A stretch of DNA of 63,557 nt, the filler included, from Dugesia japonica (Eukaryota), in assembly GCA_001938525.1 (NCBI GenBank). It is 5 parts of 5 records of this genome, joined end to end, with 100 filler letters (N's around TTAATTAATTAA, not from the genome) between each part and the next. Parts side by side here need not be neighbours in the genome. Positions count along the whole stretch, not along the records: positions 9,889 to 32,823 come from MQRL01587345.1; 4 more parts are not named here. One strand, given 5' to 3'. Of this stretch, positions 12,720 to 25,218 are shown piece by piece (the first letter of the stretch is position 1; every line of letters begins with the position of its first letter). Under the pieces are notes generated by a model. It did no database searches. It saw only the letters and a list, made by a program, of their open reading frames with translations, and was not told the origin of the DNA. A program made the position numbers and the translations under genes.

Positions 12720-14725
12720 AGTGCACACAATTAGTCATAAAGGAATTCAAACTAACGATGATAAAAGTAAACAAAATTCTAGAAACATCAACTCCGGGTT
12801 GTGTTACACAGTTAAGATCCTTTTTGAGACTATACAACTATTATGAAATGATATCAGGAAATAAAAACCTACTCGAATAGTCCAAAGAGGATGAAAGTAG
12901 TTTCCAAAAGCTAAAATATGAATTATCCTAAGCACTAATATTAGCATTTCCTGATTCATTAAAAGAAATAATTTTAGACACTGGTACAAGTTTTGGAACT
13001 ATTGAAGCTGTTCTAAGTCAAAACGATTATAAAAGCGATGAACAGGTTTTGATTCGAGAGTTTTAAATTCTCATAAAACAAGGTTATTGTATAACCAGAA
13101 AAGAACTTTTGGTTATTCATGAATTTTTTATGCATTTCAAGCATTTTTTTAATTGGAAAAGTTTAAAATAAGGATTCGTCATAAAACTTAGACTTATATG
13201 AAAAAACCAACCAATTAGTTTACAGTTTCAAACTTAGTTTGCTAATTTTTCTTGATTTAATTTTGATTTAGAATATCGAAAAAGAACGGATCACTGTAAT
13301 GCTTATGGGCTGTCCAGAATTAACGAAACGCCCTGTACTTAATGTTTAACTAAACACCATGATAGTAAAGGAAATAAATATAAAGTTCGCTTTATAAAGA
13401 GTTTAAATAAAAATATATTTTATGTCGAACATATGGAAGAGTTAAAAAGCAATGTTGAATACTAAGATCAAAATCACGATGGTTACAAGGCTTGGATGAA
13501 ACTACTAATGAAAAGAAAAGCAAATATTATAAAAGTATAGGTAAATTCAAATTATTTAGGAATATTGTAATTAAAGATAATGAAGAAAAGATATTATTAT
13601 TCTCACCAAAATTAGTTAAATACTTACACGAAGAACTATGTTATTTGGGAAGCAAAAAGTTCTTGGAATATATCCGAGAGATATACGTTTGACCTGATAT
13701 GAGAAGAAATATCAAACACGAAATTCAAAAATGTGGAATATTTTCTAAATGAAAAGTCTACACTGATTGAACAAAAGAATTATTATTACCTAGAGAGGAA
13801 TTTGGGCCAATAGAAGTATAAAATTATAATAGATGTCGCCTATTTTTCTGAGTATAAGTCTATATAAAAGTACTTGCTTATTATTATCGATAAATTTTGC
13901 AAACTAGTCCTCTTAGTAAACAAAATAAAACAGCAATATGAGACTTTTTAAAAGAACCATTTAATTTACCGATTTGAAAAACAAAAATCAATCTTATCTG
14001 ATCGGGGTAAAATTTTTGAAGGTAGCAAAATGAACGATTTGTGTGGAAGATTTGGAATTACACAAGAATTCATATCACCTTACCAACTTCAGCCCTACGA
14101 TTTAGCAGAGAGAGTAATTAGAACAGTCAAAGATGTGTTAGTCACTTCAATGAATAGTAATAAGAATAGTTTTACTTGGGATAAATACATTCAGAAGATT
14201 GAATTATCCATTAATGCCACATACCAAAGCGCTGTTAAGAGATCTCAATTCGAAATTCTGTGTAAACGAAAAGTAATATTACATGGATTGTCGGGAAATG
14301 AACTTGCTAATCATAAAAAGGAGTTAATGAAACAAAAGTAGAACTAAAACGAGTTTCAAAGGAATTGAGAAAGTAGGAATCAGATACAATATGTCACAGG
14401 CAAATCTTAGTTGGTGAAAAAGTTCTTGTATAAAAAGAACATCATAATGTTCATAAACATAGAGACAGATATGAAAGTCCGTATACGATTATTAAGTTCT
14501 TAAGTTTCACAATTGTAATTATTACGAGAATAATTGTTGGACTTAACCATTGATCGTTTTATAGAATTCATTTAAAATAAAAGCTTTGATCAAAATTTAG
14601 GTTTTAATTATTGATATTGGATAACAATTTCGACCTTGTCTTCGTCAGGAATTGACTTTTTAAAAAACCAAAGTCAAGACAAATTGAATGGCTAAAACGA
14701 GTTTCAATTTCAATGGAGAGGGACA
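12720..14725 (+). mobile_element. Degraded Gypsy pol 3' half (RNase H, integrase, putative PPT)
   Basis: LAFPD..ILDT, GYCITRKELL, IIIDKF, ILSDRGK, AERVIRTVKD, ESPY, RQIEWLKR, then purine tract GGAGAGGGA at ~14714. Same family motifs as 42321-45680. Confidence 0.85.
14508..14657 (-). repeat. Solo hammerhead-bearing PLE pLTR-like repeat inserted in the Gypsy integrase tail
   Basis: Minus strand reads AATTC-CTGACGA-A-GAC-AAG-GTC-GAAA...TTTTGATCAAAGCTTTT...CGATCAATGGTTAAGTCCAACAATTATTCTCG. Confidence 0.8.
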
Positions 14726-17028
14726 TTAGAAAATAATGATTATTTAAAGAGTTAATTTTTTTAAAATAATACAAATTATACTATTCTTAAATAAATCACT
14801 AATATTAATGTTGAACCTTTTTACTAGAATAAAGTAATAATGTAGGTATAGTGAAAAGCCTAGGAAGACTGTTATGCTCTTGTTAAGTCAGTACACTGAT
14901 AATACTATTACTAAATATGGAAAACCAAAAATTATTAAATTCCAAAAGTCAACCAAAGCAGTGTAAATTGACTAGTTCAATTAGTTCGTTGAAAGACAAG
15001 AAAATGATCTCTCATGGTTTATTATAACATTAAAAACATTAGTTGTTACATTAATTTTATTATTAATACTGCAAAATATATTAAATATCTCAGTACTCAC
15101 AAGAGACAAGTAAAAAGGAAATATTTACTAGGTGTGCTAAATAAGATATGCGATCAATATGGATTTCTCAATGAAGAAACAGATCAAGTCGTGTCTCCAG
15201 CTCCAAAGCTGTTTGCTTTGACTTTTGCAAGAAAACTTGTATCGGCACCATACGCGTTAAATGTGTACAAATTGTATGACTGAAAAAAATTACCAAAAAA
15301 TGGTTTTAATCCATTGAATTTGTATTGTTTTATAAATTGAAGTTTTCGGTGTTAATAAGACATTTTACATGAAAAAATTATTAAATTTGATTTATATTAT
15401 TATTGACGAACAAAATTCGTTCTTACTCGTTAAATGTTTGTGTTTTTAAACTCATTATAAGTGGTAAATTAGTTATAAAATAAATAGTAACCCAAATAAA
15501 AACGCCACATACACCCCGCCAGCAAAGTTACAAAATTTGGAGTTTACGTATACTCGATTATTACTGAAAAAGATTTTTTTAAAAATCTACATCATTCTTT
15601 ATTCAAACTCTTATACTAGATTTTAAACTTCACACTTCATAAATTGGTTGACAACCCATTGCAAATCTGTCATTTCGAGATTCGGAAAGTACTTGAGAAG
15701 CGAAAATTTAAGAACGCTAGAAATTTTAAACAATTTCAAAGTTTTTAAACTTAAACTTTCTCGTGGCATATCGCTTGCCCGACAGTGATCTTAATCAATT
15801 AAAAATTGATAATTAAAGTTCTCTCATTCAATAAAATTATTCTTCATGGTTATTCTATATTACACTATTTAACAAATCCAATTTGAAGTTATAAGAGGGT
15901 CAATTATACTTTATCAAAGCTAAATGTTTAGTAATTGAATTTGTTGCCAACTCTGCTATATAAAGAAAACTTGAAGAGAGGAGAATGCTCTCAGTTTCCA
16001 AATCTTGGCTTTCTTACAGTAAAAATTTAACATTTTGACATTCTGATCTCAACTAAAGATATCAAAATATTTTTCAATTTATGTTACCCTATTATGTGGT
16101 GGATCCTTTAACAAATAGACCTACAAACTCAAATCAACTCATAATAATAAAGGAGCAACTTATTCAACAAATTAGAGAAATAATCTACCAAAATAAATTC
16201 CTTTAAAACATTATTCTGATAATAAGTCGGTTAATTTAGTTCTTTGTATTTAATGAAACAAACAAATATTTAATTAATTAATTAAATTTAACTAACAAAT
16301 ATTTTATTTAATTTGCGTTAAAAACAAATGCGAAAGTATTTTATTTTATATTTATAGAAAATATACGATAAATAAAAAGTATTTTAAAGTGCTAAATTTA
16401 AGTATTACTTACAATTTTAACTTTATGAATAATTTTCTTATCCTTTCTTAGTGGTACATTTATTCGATCGATTTTTATTCTTAATGAATTGAATTTTACA
16501 AATTGTCAAATCAATTTAGTTTTATTTAAAATTATTCTAGCACTTGAAATATTCAATTATTTTATAATTCAAAAAATGTTCATTTACGCTGTTAATTATT
16601 TCCTCAAGAAAAATATTTACCAATGAACAACAGGAGATAATTACTGATTTATTGATTAATTAGAAGTATCGGATTGATTGAATTTCTTATTAAAAATATN
16701 NNNNNNNNNNNNNNNNNNNNNNNNNNNNNNNNNNNNNNNNNNNNNNNNNNNNNNNNNNNNNNNNNNNNNNNNATTAGTAAAAAATAAAACATAAATAACA
16801 GTATATGTAGAAGATATTTAATTCAAAAAAATTATTTTTATTCAATTTAATTTATACATCTGGGTTTTAATTATAAAACGATCAGAGATGATAAAAGCGC
16901 TTTTAATATTCCTATCACGTTCTCAACCAACCCCATCAATCAATACGAGAATTGATTAGGTCAATGAGAATAGAGGAGGAATTCCGTCAAATGCATGAGG
17001 TCAATAACACAACATCGCCATAGAAAGA

Positions 17029-17575
17029 CTATCGATCAGATTGGAATAATGAGACCATATCCTTTACCCTACATAGGGTGGCTGATTCGGAATTTGCCAA
17101 ATTATTGTTATTATTAGCATTATTTGATAGTTCATTGTTATTAAGAGATTTCGTTTGAGAACTGGTATTCGTTTTTATTCGATCACTCGATGCTGATTTC
17201 GTTTTATCGAACATTTCGATTTTGAATTGTGGCAATTGTCTGGGCGGTTTGATAGGTGGATATGAATCATCTATTTTTGATTCTATTTGATCTTCATCAT
17301 TTTTGGTTTTAATGTTTTCTAGTAAACAAGGTGTAGGGGGAATGGTTTTTTTCCTTCCGGAGTTAGATTTTTGGATAAGAGAATGTGGTTTACCAATGTA
17401 ATCAATGGAATTTGATTTGTTAATTTTTCGTCTGATATCACAATTACTGGTTGATGATTTAAATGAATAATGTTCGTCTATTGATGCTGCTTTATTATTA
17501 TTTTCGTTATCAATTGAACACATTTCAGGCTTGTTTTTATCTCGTTTTGTCAATTTTGCTGATGCTTTAAAGAAC
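17029..17575 (-). CDS. PLEKHG1: PLEKHG1/3-like RhoGEF, terminal exon
   Basis: TTTAG acceptor at 17576-17578 is phase-compatible with the exon ending at 22266 (KR|FFKASAK). Low-complexity tail ends RVKDMVSLFQSDR*. Confidence 0.7.
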
Positions 17576-17757
17576 CTAAAAAATAAAATAAAGTATAAAG
17601 AATTTATTTCGAAAAGTACACTTGTTATAATAATAAAAAAATATCGGTGCTAATAGATTATCGATTTCTCTTATTTATACTGTTAAATTGATCTATCAAA
17701 CATGAGTACTTGAATTATCTTTGACTATTATTGCCACATTGTTAACTATTGATGGTA

Positions 17758-18098
17758 CAGGAAGACCTCTACTTTAGAACCTATATGCTTTAAAACCTCT
17801 CTAATTTAGAATGTCTTTACTTTGGAACCTCTATACTTTAGGCACTCTATACTTAAGAAACTCCTTAATTTAAAACCTCTCTACTTTAGAACATTTATAC
17901 TTTAAAAATTATATAATTTAGAACCTCTTTACTTATTAATCTCCTTACTTTGATACCTCTTTACTTTAGAAAACCTCCTGACACAGGAAAAAAGAACGCG
18001 CCTATCAATATAATTATCAAAATATTTTATTAAAAACCCTCTACTTTAGGATGTTTTTTGAAACGGATTTTTAATCGTGAAGTAAGGAAGTTTTCAGG
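17758..18098. mobile_element. TA-flanked pogo-like MITE with ~16-bp tandem subterminal repeats
   Basis: TA|CAGGAAGACCTCTACTTTAG start, about a dozen degenerate ACCTCTCTACTTTAGA units (17764-17975), and an imperfect inverted end AAGTAAGGAAGTTTTCAGG|TA. Confidence 0.65.
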
Positions 18099-19429
18099 TA
18101 GAAATCAATCGTAAACTATTGGAAAATCAAAGAATCATCAAATTAGCAAATGAATATGCTGCTAATTGTAGACGTAATCAATAATTGTTGTATTTGCATC
18201 ATTGTTCATATTATAGTAATAAACATGATCAGTAATATGAGTAAAATAAAATCTCTTTTGTGAAAGGATATAACAGATGCACACAGATAAAATGTATATT
18301 ATCAACATTAAAATTAACATCATAATATTTTATTGAATTTAAATATTTGATAAGCCATGATAAACGCATTGTATGGTAGGGATAACATTGGCTAGTAATG
18401 AGATCAAATCTGAGTCATTAACAAGCCAAATCAATTAACTCCACTTTGAATTTTTCTCTAAAGCACTTGATTTACTTCTAATCTTTTATATTTACATTGC
18501 ATTGCCATAACAATGATGATGTTTATTTGAATTTATATTTCAAATGGAATTTTATTAAGCAAAGCATTTATCTTATCAACTTTTTCCATTTTCTGTTTTA
18601 TGGAGTTAATCGATTTGACAAATGAGCAGCACTCTTACATCAAATTGTATTAAAATACTGATTATTATAGAAAGAATTACCATGCCCTATAAATTATAGT
18701 TTACGATGTCACGTAGCATTATTTCAAGATTTTAGAACAAAGACGATATTGTTATTTCAATGATGTTGTTATTACAGATAAATATTTGTGGAATTAGAAC
18801 TAAATGCGCAATTGTAATAGATCAAGCCTAATATACAATTCACATAATTGTTTAACACAGACAGTCTAATATGATCATCACAAGAACAAAATATAGATTG
18901 ATTGGACAAATTTAGTATAGCTGTATAAAAATGAATAAAATATAGAATAATTTTACGATTTCAACTGTGAATTATTTGGGTAAATTCTTAAGTAAACTTC
19001 CTCTGATGAATATTTTAATAATTTTTTTTATTTTCTTAAGTATTAAATATTTCCATCTCGAGAAGATTCGGTTTACCTGAAGAGATGCAATCATAGATAA
19101 ACCGTTGGAGATTAAATAATTATTAATTATTCTATTTAATGTTGGCTAATTAGAATTGTCAGAAAATAAAATTTTGTCGGTGGGATATTTTTTTAGTTGA
19201 AATAAATCTAACAAAATGCAATTTATTCATTAAGTTTCCATAGTGAATTCTAGTAACTAAGAAACTTGTAAAAATAATGCTTAAAAGAAACTTGACTAAA
19301 AAATCGATTATAAATAAGCATAAAAATATTAAATGAAATTAACTGTGTTATAAATAAATCCAATAAATAACCGATTATTTTAATCACTGATAATAGCGAA
19401 AGAATGAATTTAGAAAAACAATAATGACT

Positions 19430-20125
19430 CGAACATAGAATTTAATAAAATCAAACAAATTCGATAATTAAATTACCTTTTATTAATGAGAAATGTAGCC
19501 AAATTATGCAAAATATAATAAAAAAAATCTAAACTCAAACATAATTCAAGAATAATATTCAAAACGTAAGCACTATTTGGGCATCCAATTACAAAATCCA
19601 ATATAAAGCTTTTGTGGTCCCAAATGCATTTGTGATGGTAGAAATATATGCAATAAAACAAATATCACTTATATATAAAATAACATGCTCCTTATGTAAG
19701 GATACATATATAGGAGAATCATGCAGAACCATCCGAACAATAATTAAGGAGCATCTCAAACAGCAAGAAAGCGAAGCCTTCAAACACTTTCAACACAAAC
19801 ATAATATTTCACCGGAATAACATCATATAACATGGAAAACATTAGGAACAGGCTTAATTTCTATACTTCACCAGAAGAAACATGGAGAATTATTAATCAT
19901 AGAGGATAAACCTAAAATCAATGTAATTTATAATAATTAAAATAAATTATCCGAAATTGTTCAATGAAATTTCAATTAAAGAAATTGTGAATTTTTCTAA
20001 TTTGGGTTGGATTAATCAAAAATTTAAATTCCTGAACAATACAATAGTCGAAAATTCGGATAACTATTAAAAAAGAAAAAAAAACAAAACATCATTTTGA
20101 TCGAAGCTTTTAATTTGATGAAATT
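19430..20125 (+). mobile_element. 5'-truncated Penelope-like element: GIY-YIG endonuclease plus pLTR with decayed hammerhead
   Basis: IYKITCSLCKDTYIGESCRTIRTIIKEH. AUUC-CUGAAcAAuAC-AAUA-GUC-GAA-AAUU-C-GGAU at 20028-20061, about 95 bp after the ORF end. Confidence 0.88.
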
Positions 20126-20891
20126 TAATAATGACTGTATTTAAAATAAAACTTGTTGAGTATTATTATAAAACATTAATGTTACGATTTAACAGATGAC
20201 ATCGATTAACATTGATACATAATTATAAAAAATATATGACATTAATATAAAAATCAATTGACATTTTATGACAAAATAAGTCATTTAAAACCCAAGATAT
20301 TTAAAATTTTGACAAATTTTCATTTAACAAGGTCACAAAAATTACTGCACCATTGTTAATAATTTTATTTCCTATTATTATTTTATTAAGCACCGAATTC
20401 AAACAAAAATATATTGAAAAGAATTTAAATATTAATCCAAACACATCAAGAGTTTGAAAGTTTTCAAATATTCTTTTATAAAAGCGTTTCTATTATTAAT
20501 TTTATTGATTGACTTACTTATTTCATTGAATTAATTTTAAAAAATCTGATTACTTATCTATTTATTTATTAATTATATAAATAAGCATAAGTAAAATTCT
20601 CAAAAGAGATCCACTGTCTGACCATTTAATTCGAATATTTTAAAAATGAAACGGAAAACTTCGATAATTAAAAGAAATAAAAAGAATAAATTAAAACTAA
20701 ATGTCCCGATTTATACGGAGGTGATTATAAATATATTTCAAATTTTATCTGAGTTTACTTCTTTTAGTGGAGAAAATTCAACTTTAATCAATATTCCACT
20801 TCTATTTTGCAGAACTTTAATTCATAATTTCTAAATTTTGAGTAAGATTTTTTCTTGTTTATATGGGTAGTATTTATAGAAAAAAAACATG

Positions 20892-21041
20892 CATTAAAAT
20901 AAAAGCTTCGATCAAAATTTGTTTTTTTATGTTTTTGATAATAATTCTAATTTTAGACTTTTCTGAATTGACTTTCCTGACGAAGACAATTTCGATCAAT
21001 GGTTACGTCCAACAATTATTATCGCAATAATTGCAATTGTA
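20892..21041. repeat. Rearranged (inverted-junction) copy of the hammerhead pLTR repeat
   Basis: A minus-oriented segment AAAATAAAAGCTTCGATCAAAAT...GAATTGAC is joined to plus-oriented TTCCTGACGAAGAC and CGATCAATGGTTACGTCCAACAATTATT. Confidence 0.75.
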
Positions 21042-21479
21042 TAAAATAACATTACTAATGTTAGGCGAGTTTGGAGTAATCATCGGATCATCAATATCAA
21101 AATTCAACTCCATAGAAAAATTTATTCGAAAACAAAACTATAAACATATATTTGCTTTTTTCAAAAAAATTTAAAAATTCATATTTAAAAGCGAAAATAA
21201 TAAATATCATTTTAGCATGTCAAATATTTTAATTTTCAAATTTTATTACTATCAAATTTTAAAATACACTAAAATTTAAATAAAAATTTGACTTTAATAA
21301 ATTCCGGTTTAAAACACAAAAAATTTAAATCTGTTTTAAAAAACTATCTTATAATTAAAATTCATAAAAGTTTTCAAATTTAAGAGGTAAAATTACAATA
21401 TTAAAAATAAATACAATACAATAAACAAATTAATTTATGGTTTTTTAATAACATTTTTATTGGGTAATTAAAAAAAATA

Positions 21480-21690
21480 CTGTTATCAATAAATTTATTA
21501 TATTACGAATTACACAAATTTTAGGTTTATATTTTTGGATTAATATTGCATCATTATTTTTCCTGTTAGTTGCTAAAATGTAACTAGTTGTTAGTTGTGC
21601 CAATTTTATATAATAATGTTCCGGTGATATTTCGTATTTTGAAAATGTGTTCTTTAATTTAGTGTTCTTTAAATGTTTTTTGTTATGGTT
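21480..21690 (-). mobile_element. Penelope-like GIY-YIG C-terminal relic
   Basis: KHL...ISPE...RKNNDAILIQKYKPKI resembles the PLE endonuclease end (EA.LI...KP.IN). Confidence 0.5.
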
Positions 21691-21697
21691 ACAATAA

Positions 21698-21712
21698 ATC
21701 ATCATCATCATC

Positions 21713-21771
<59 letters not shown>

Positions 21772-21821
21772 NNNNNNNNNNNNNNNNNNNNNNNNNNNNN
21801 NNNNNNNNNNNNNNNNNNNNN

Positions 21822-21866
<45 letters not shown>

Positions 21867-21912
21867 TATTATAATTATAATTATAATAATAATAACAATA
21901 ATAATAACAATC
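21698..21912. repeat. (ATC)n(AAT)n compound microsatellite
   Basis: Direct reading; includes an N gap. Confidence 0.95.
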
Positions 21913-22265
21913 ATAGTTATATTATTATTAAAATATTTATTAATTATAATTATTTAATGTTAATTATATAATTATATAATTATTTAATGTTATTATATAA
22001 TTATTTAATGTTAATTATATTATATAATAGTGTTAGTTGTCACCAAAAAAGTCATGAAAATATTTTATATGAAGTATAATGGTTAACAACAATGAAAACT
22101 CCAATATTTTACATTACCTTATACAATTAAAATATTCAAATGGTAATTATACGATAATATTCCGCTTTATAATGTTGAGAAGAATAAAATATATTTAATT
22201 AAGAATAATATTTTATANAAGAATAATATAAGAATAAAATATTTCAAATATTTAATATAAATCAC

Positions 22266-22924
22266 CTTTTAACGATTCCCGGTTTTTGATCCGTTTCAAA
22301 CAGAGATCCCCAATCGCTATTACTTCTTGTTGTTTTAGATTCACGCACACTAGAAAATAGCACTTTTTTTCTATGAGAATTATTATTATTGAATTCCTTC
22401 GATGTTGATGAATTAGTATCGATACTACTATTGAATGAATTTGCTTTAGTACAGAGTGAGATTCCATAATTACGATCCATCGATGTGGTCTGTAAGCAAT
22501 AGAAATGTAGTTATAAATGAATTTCTAATTTAACCTTGAGTTTATGGACATTATTACTATTGGTGCTATCACTTGCCACTGAATCTAAGTCAGCGTCGGA
22601 ACAGAGGGATGCAAGTTCCATTTCTCCCAGAAGAACGCTGGAATTATCAGAATTTTCATGCATTTGTTTTAGAGGTTGAAAAATTTCTTTTATATCATTA
22701 GTAGTAAGTCTAGTTTTATTCCTCGATTTTTGGATAAATGGTTCATATGCTTGTTCTTGATGACTAAATGGTTGACCATTGTGACTATAGAAATTCTCTT
22801 CGTTTACGTCAATCATAATTGATCGACAATCAATATCATCATTAACACAATGTTTCCTAGCTGACCATTGATATATACTTGGATCACGATAATTGGTCTT
22901 AGATTCCGACTTGATAGCGCCGAC
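22266..22924 (-). CDS. PLEKHG1: PLEKHG1/3-like RhoGEF, internal exons (22535->22924 into gap; 22266-22489)
   Basis: Open frames joined by a 45-nt GT..CAG intron at 22490-22534. Donor at 22265 is phase-matched to the last exon. Confidence 0.72.
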
Positions 22925-24621
22925 NNNNNNNNNNNNNNNNNNNNNNNNNNNNNNNNNNNNNNNNNNNNNNNNNNNNNNNNNNNNNNNNNNNNNNNNNNNN
23001 NNNNNNNNNNNNNNNNNNNNNNNNNNNNNNNNNNNNNNNNNNNNNNNNNNNNNNNNNNNNNNNNNNNNNNNNNNNNNNNNNNNNNNNNNNNNNNNNNNNN
23101 NNNNNNNNNNNNNNNNNNNNNNNNNNNNNNNNNNNNNNNNNNNNNNNNNNNNNNNNNNNNNNNNNNNNNNNNNNNNNNNNNNNNNNNNNNNNNNNNNNNN
23201 NNNNNNNNNNNNNNNNNNNNNNNNNNNNNNAATAATAAAATAATAATTGTGAGAAAAAGAAAGAAATAAGAGCTTTATTAATTTAAAAAATAAGCACGTT
23301 AATTTAATATGTACATGAAATTGTTTAAATATTGTGAATTAGTTTGGAGTAGAGTTGTTTCTTTTAAAATTTTATTGTGAATTACAAGAACCTAAATTTC
23401 AGGAAACTTTCAGTTAGTTGTTATTTATTGATTTATAAAGAATATTGTTTTTGTAATCATTTTGTAACATCTTTTATAATCAATTTTGGTAATTAAAATT
23501 TTGTAATTGTTATTAAGTTCATAATTATTTTCTAAACATTTAGTCATTTATTTTGTCAAGTAGATTACTAATAGATTTGTTATTCTATATATTTGATTTA
23601 CTCATTTGTGTTTATTTTATTTTTAATTGTAATGATGGAATTAGATTTTAATCAAGAGGTATGTAAGCCTCACAATAATAATTGAATGTGAAAAAAACAA
23701 TGGAATATATTAGTATAAATTATTGCATATTCTGTTTATTAAATATTCATCAGAACAGGCAAATATTTCTAGAAAAAAAGAAGATCATCGGTATTACAAG
23801 CAAAACTGTAATAATGTAAAATCATACATTCATTAATGTTTAATCGTCACAACCTTTAAATTATATTAAATATTTTATCTAATACATTGATATGACCAAA
23901 TTAATTTTTTGTTATAAACAGAAAATAGACACATGAAATATTGAAGGTTTATGTTTTACTTAACATAATGTTATTTAAAAGGGCGTTTTTAAACAATATT
24001 AATAAATTCTACAAGAATCTATAATTGATTATGTAAGATTATTTTAAAAACAGGTTACGATTATTTTCATCTCAATTGAAATTTTCCTTTGAAATATTTT
24101 TCATGTAAATAAATTGAAAATAATTAAGTTTAAAAAAATGATTAACAAATATTAATTCTTTAATTATAACTTTGAAATCAAATAAGTCTATTAAAAATTA
24201 ATTAAAAAGATTTATAAAATAATTAAGACATTATTTAAATAATCTAAAACACTACGTTAGTTACATCTTCTGTCAGAATAAGTCCATCACAACAGCAAGT
24301 TAAACATCACTATCAATTTCAGATATCACACATGGTCTTTAGTCTTCCTTCCGCATGTCACAAATTGCCACACCTTCTTAGACCTGCTCCCCCTCTTGAG
24401 CGTGACGTACTTTATAGACGGCTCCTTACCAAAAAATGAAAACGTAAATTATCAATGATAAAAGAAATTGGATTCACATGAGAATTATTTTACTAATAAG
24501 GATATTTATAATTGTGATTTGTTGGAAATTTTATGGTTGAATCAGTTTAAAAGTGAAAATATTAAATATCAAAATAGCAAGGAATAGACATTAAATGATA
24601 AAATTAAAACAATTAACTTAC

Positions 24622-25218
24622 CATTATGCTTATTATCTAAAAGAATTCGTTTAGCACGTTCGGAAATTGAGTCGTGTTCATATGAACTGATTATAAGTTC
24701 TTTAATCATTTTACACCACATTTCTTTCTCTTGGGCATTTATTACTTGTAGTGTGACTTTATTTTTATTATCAGTGGTATCAACTACGTGAAATTCTAAC
24801 GGCTGTTTAGGAATATACTCAAACAACATCATTTCCTTGCACTAAATCACATTACGAACTAATTTAATAACTATTAGTTATTTACTTTTATAACTTGCCT
24901 GATGTCCCATTTTCCGTTACCTAAACGTTTTGCTAGTACCAGCGCATTTTCACATAATAATGTCAATCGAGAATTCTTGCATCCAGGAACTTTTAATTCA
25001 CCATCAAGGAACGGTTTTCCGAGAATAGGACAATTAAATAATGCGGATTCATATAATTCGTCGATCAATTTTAATCTACGCAATTGGTCTTCTCTTTCAA
25101 TTTGCCTTTCATTGATTCGATTTGCTACCTGAAGCATGCTGTCTAACGCTTTCAAAAGTGATTCTACAATTTCGTCGGCATTTTGATGTTGCATTAATTT
25201 ACAACATTGAATGAGCTC
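24622..25218 (-). CDS. PLEKHG1: PLEKHG1/3-like RhoGEF, DH end and PH domain (exons 24886-25218, 24622-24841)
   Basis: ALDSMLQVANRINE (DH helix 6), LGKPFLDGEL, AQEKEMWCKMIKELI (PH terminal Trp helix). 44-nt intron. Confidence 0.9.

Noticed and set aside
14617-14653. This copy as a stand-alone active hammerhead
   Set aside because: Core and helix II are perfect, but the 3' strand of helix I no longer pairs with AAUUC.
17764-17975. CRISPR-like array
   Set aside because: Units are contiguous and degenerate with no unique spacers, no cas genes, and the context is a eukaryotic intron.
21711-21914. Poly-Ile/poly-Tyr ORF (also 59988-60347 and 60014-60283)
   Set aside because: Translations of AAT microsatellites and N gaps.
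24395-24428. Harbinger/Zator-like terminal sequence (CGTGACGTACTTTATAGACGGCTCCTTA)
   Set aside because: Only one end is recognisable; no partner TIR or TSD confirmed.
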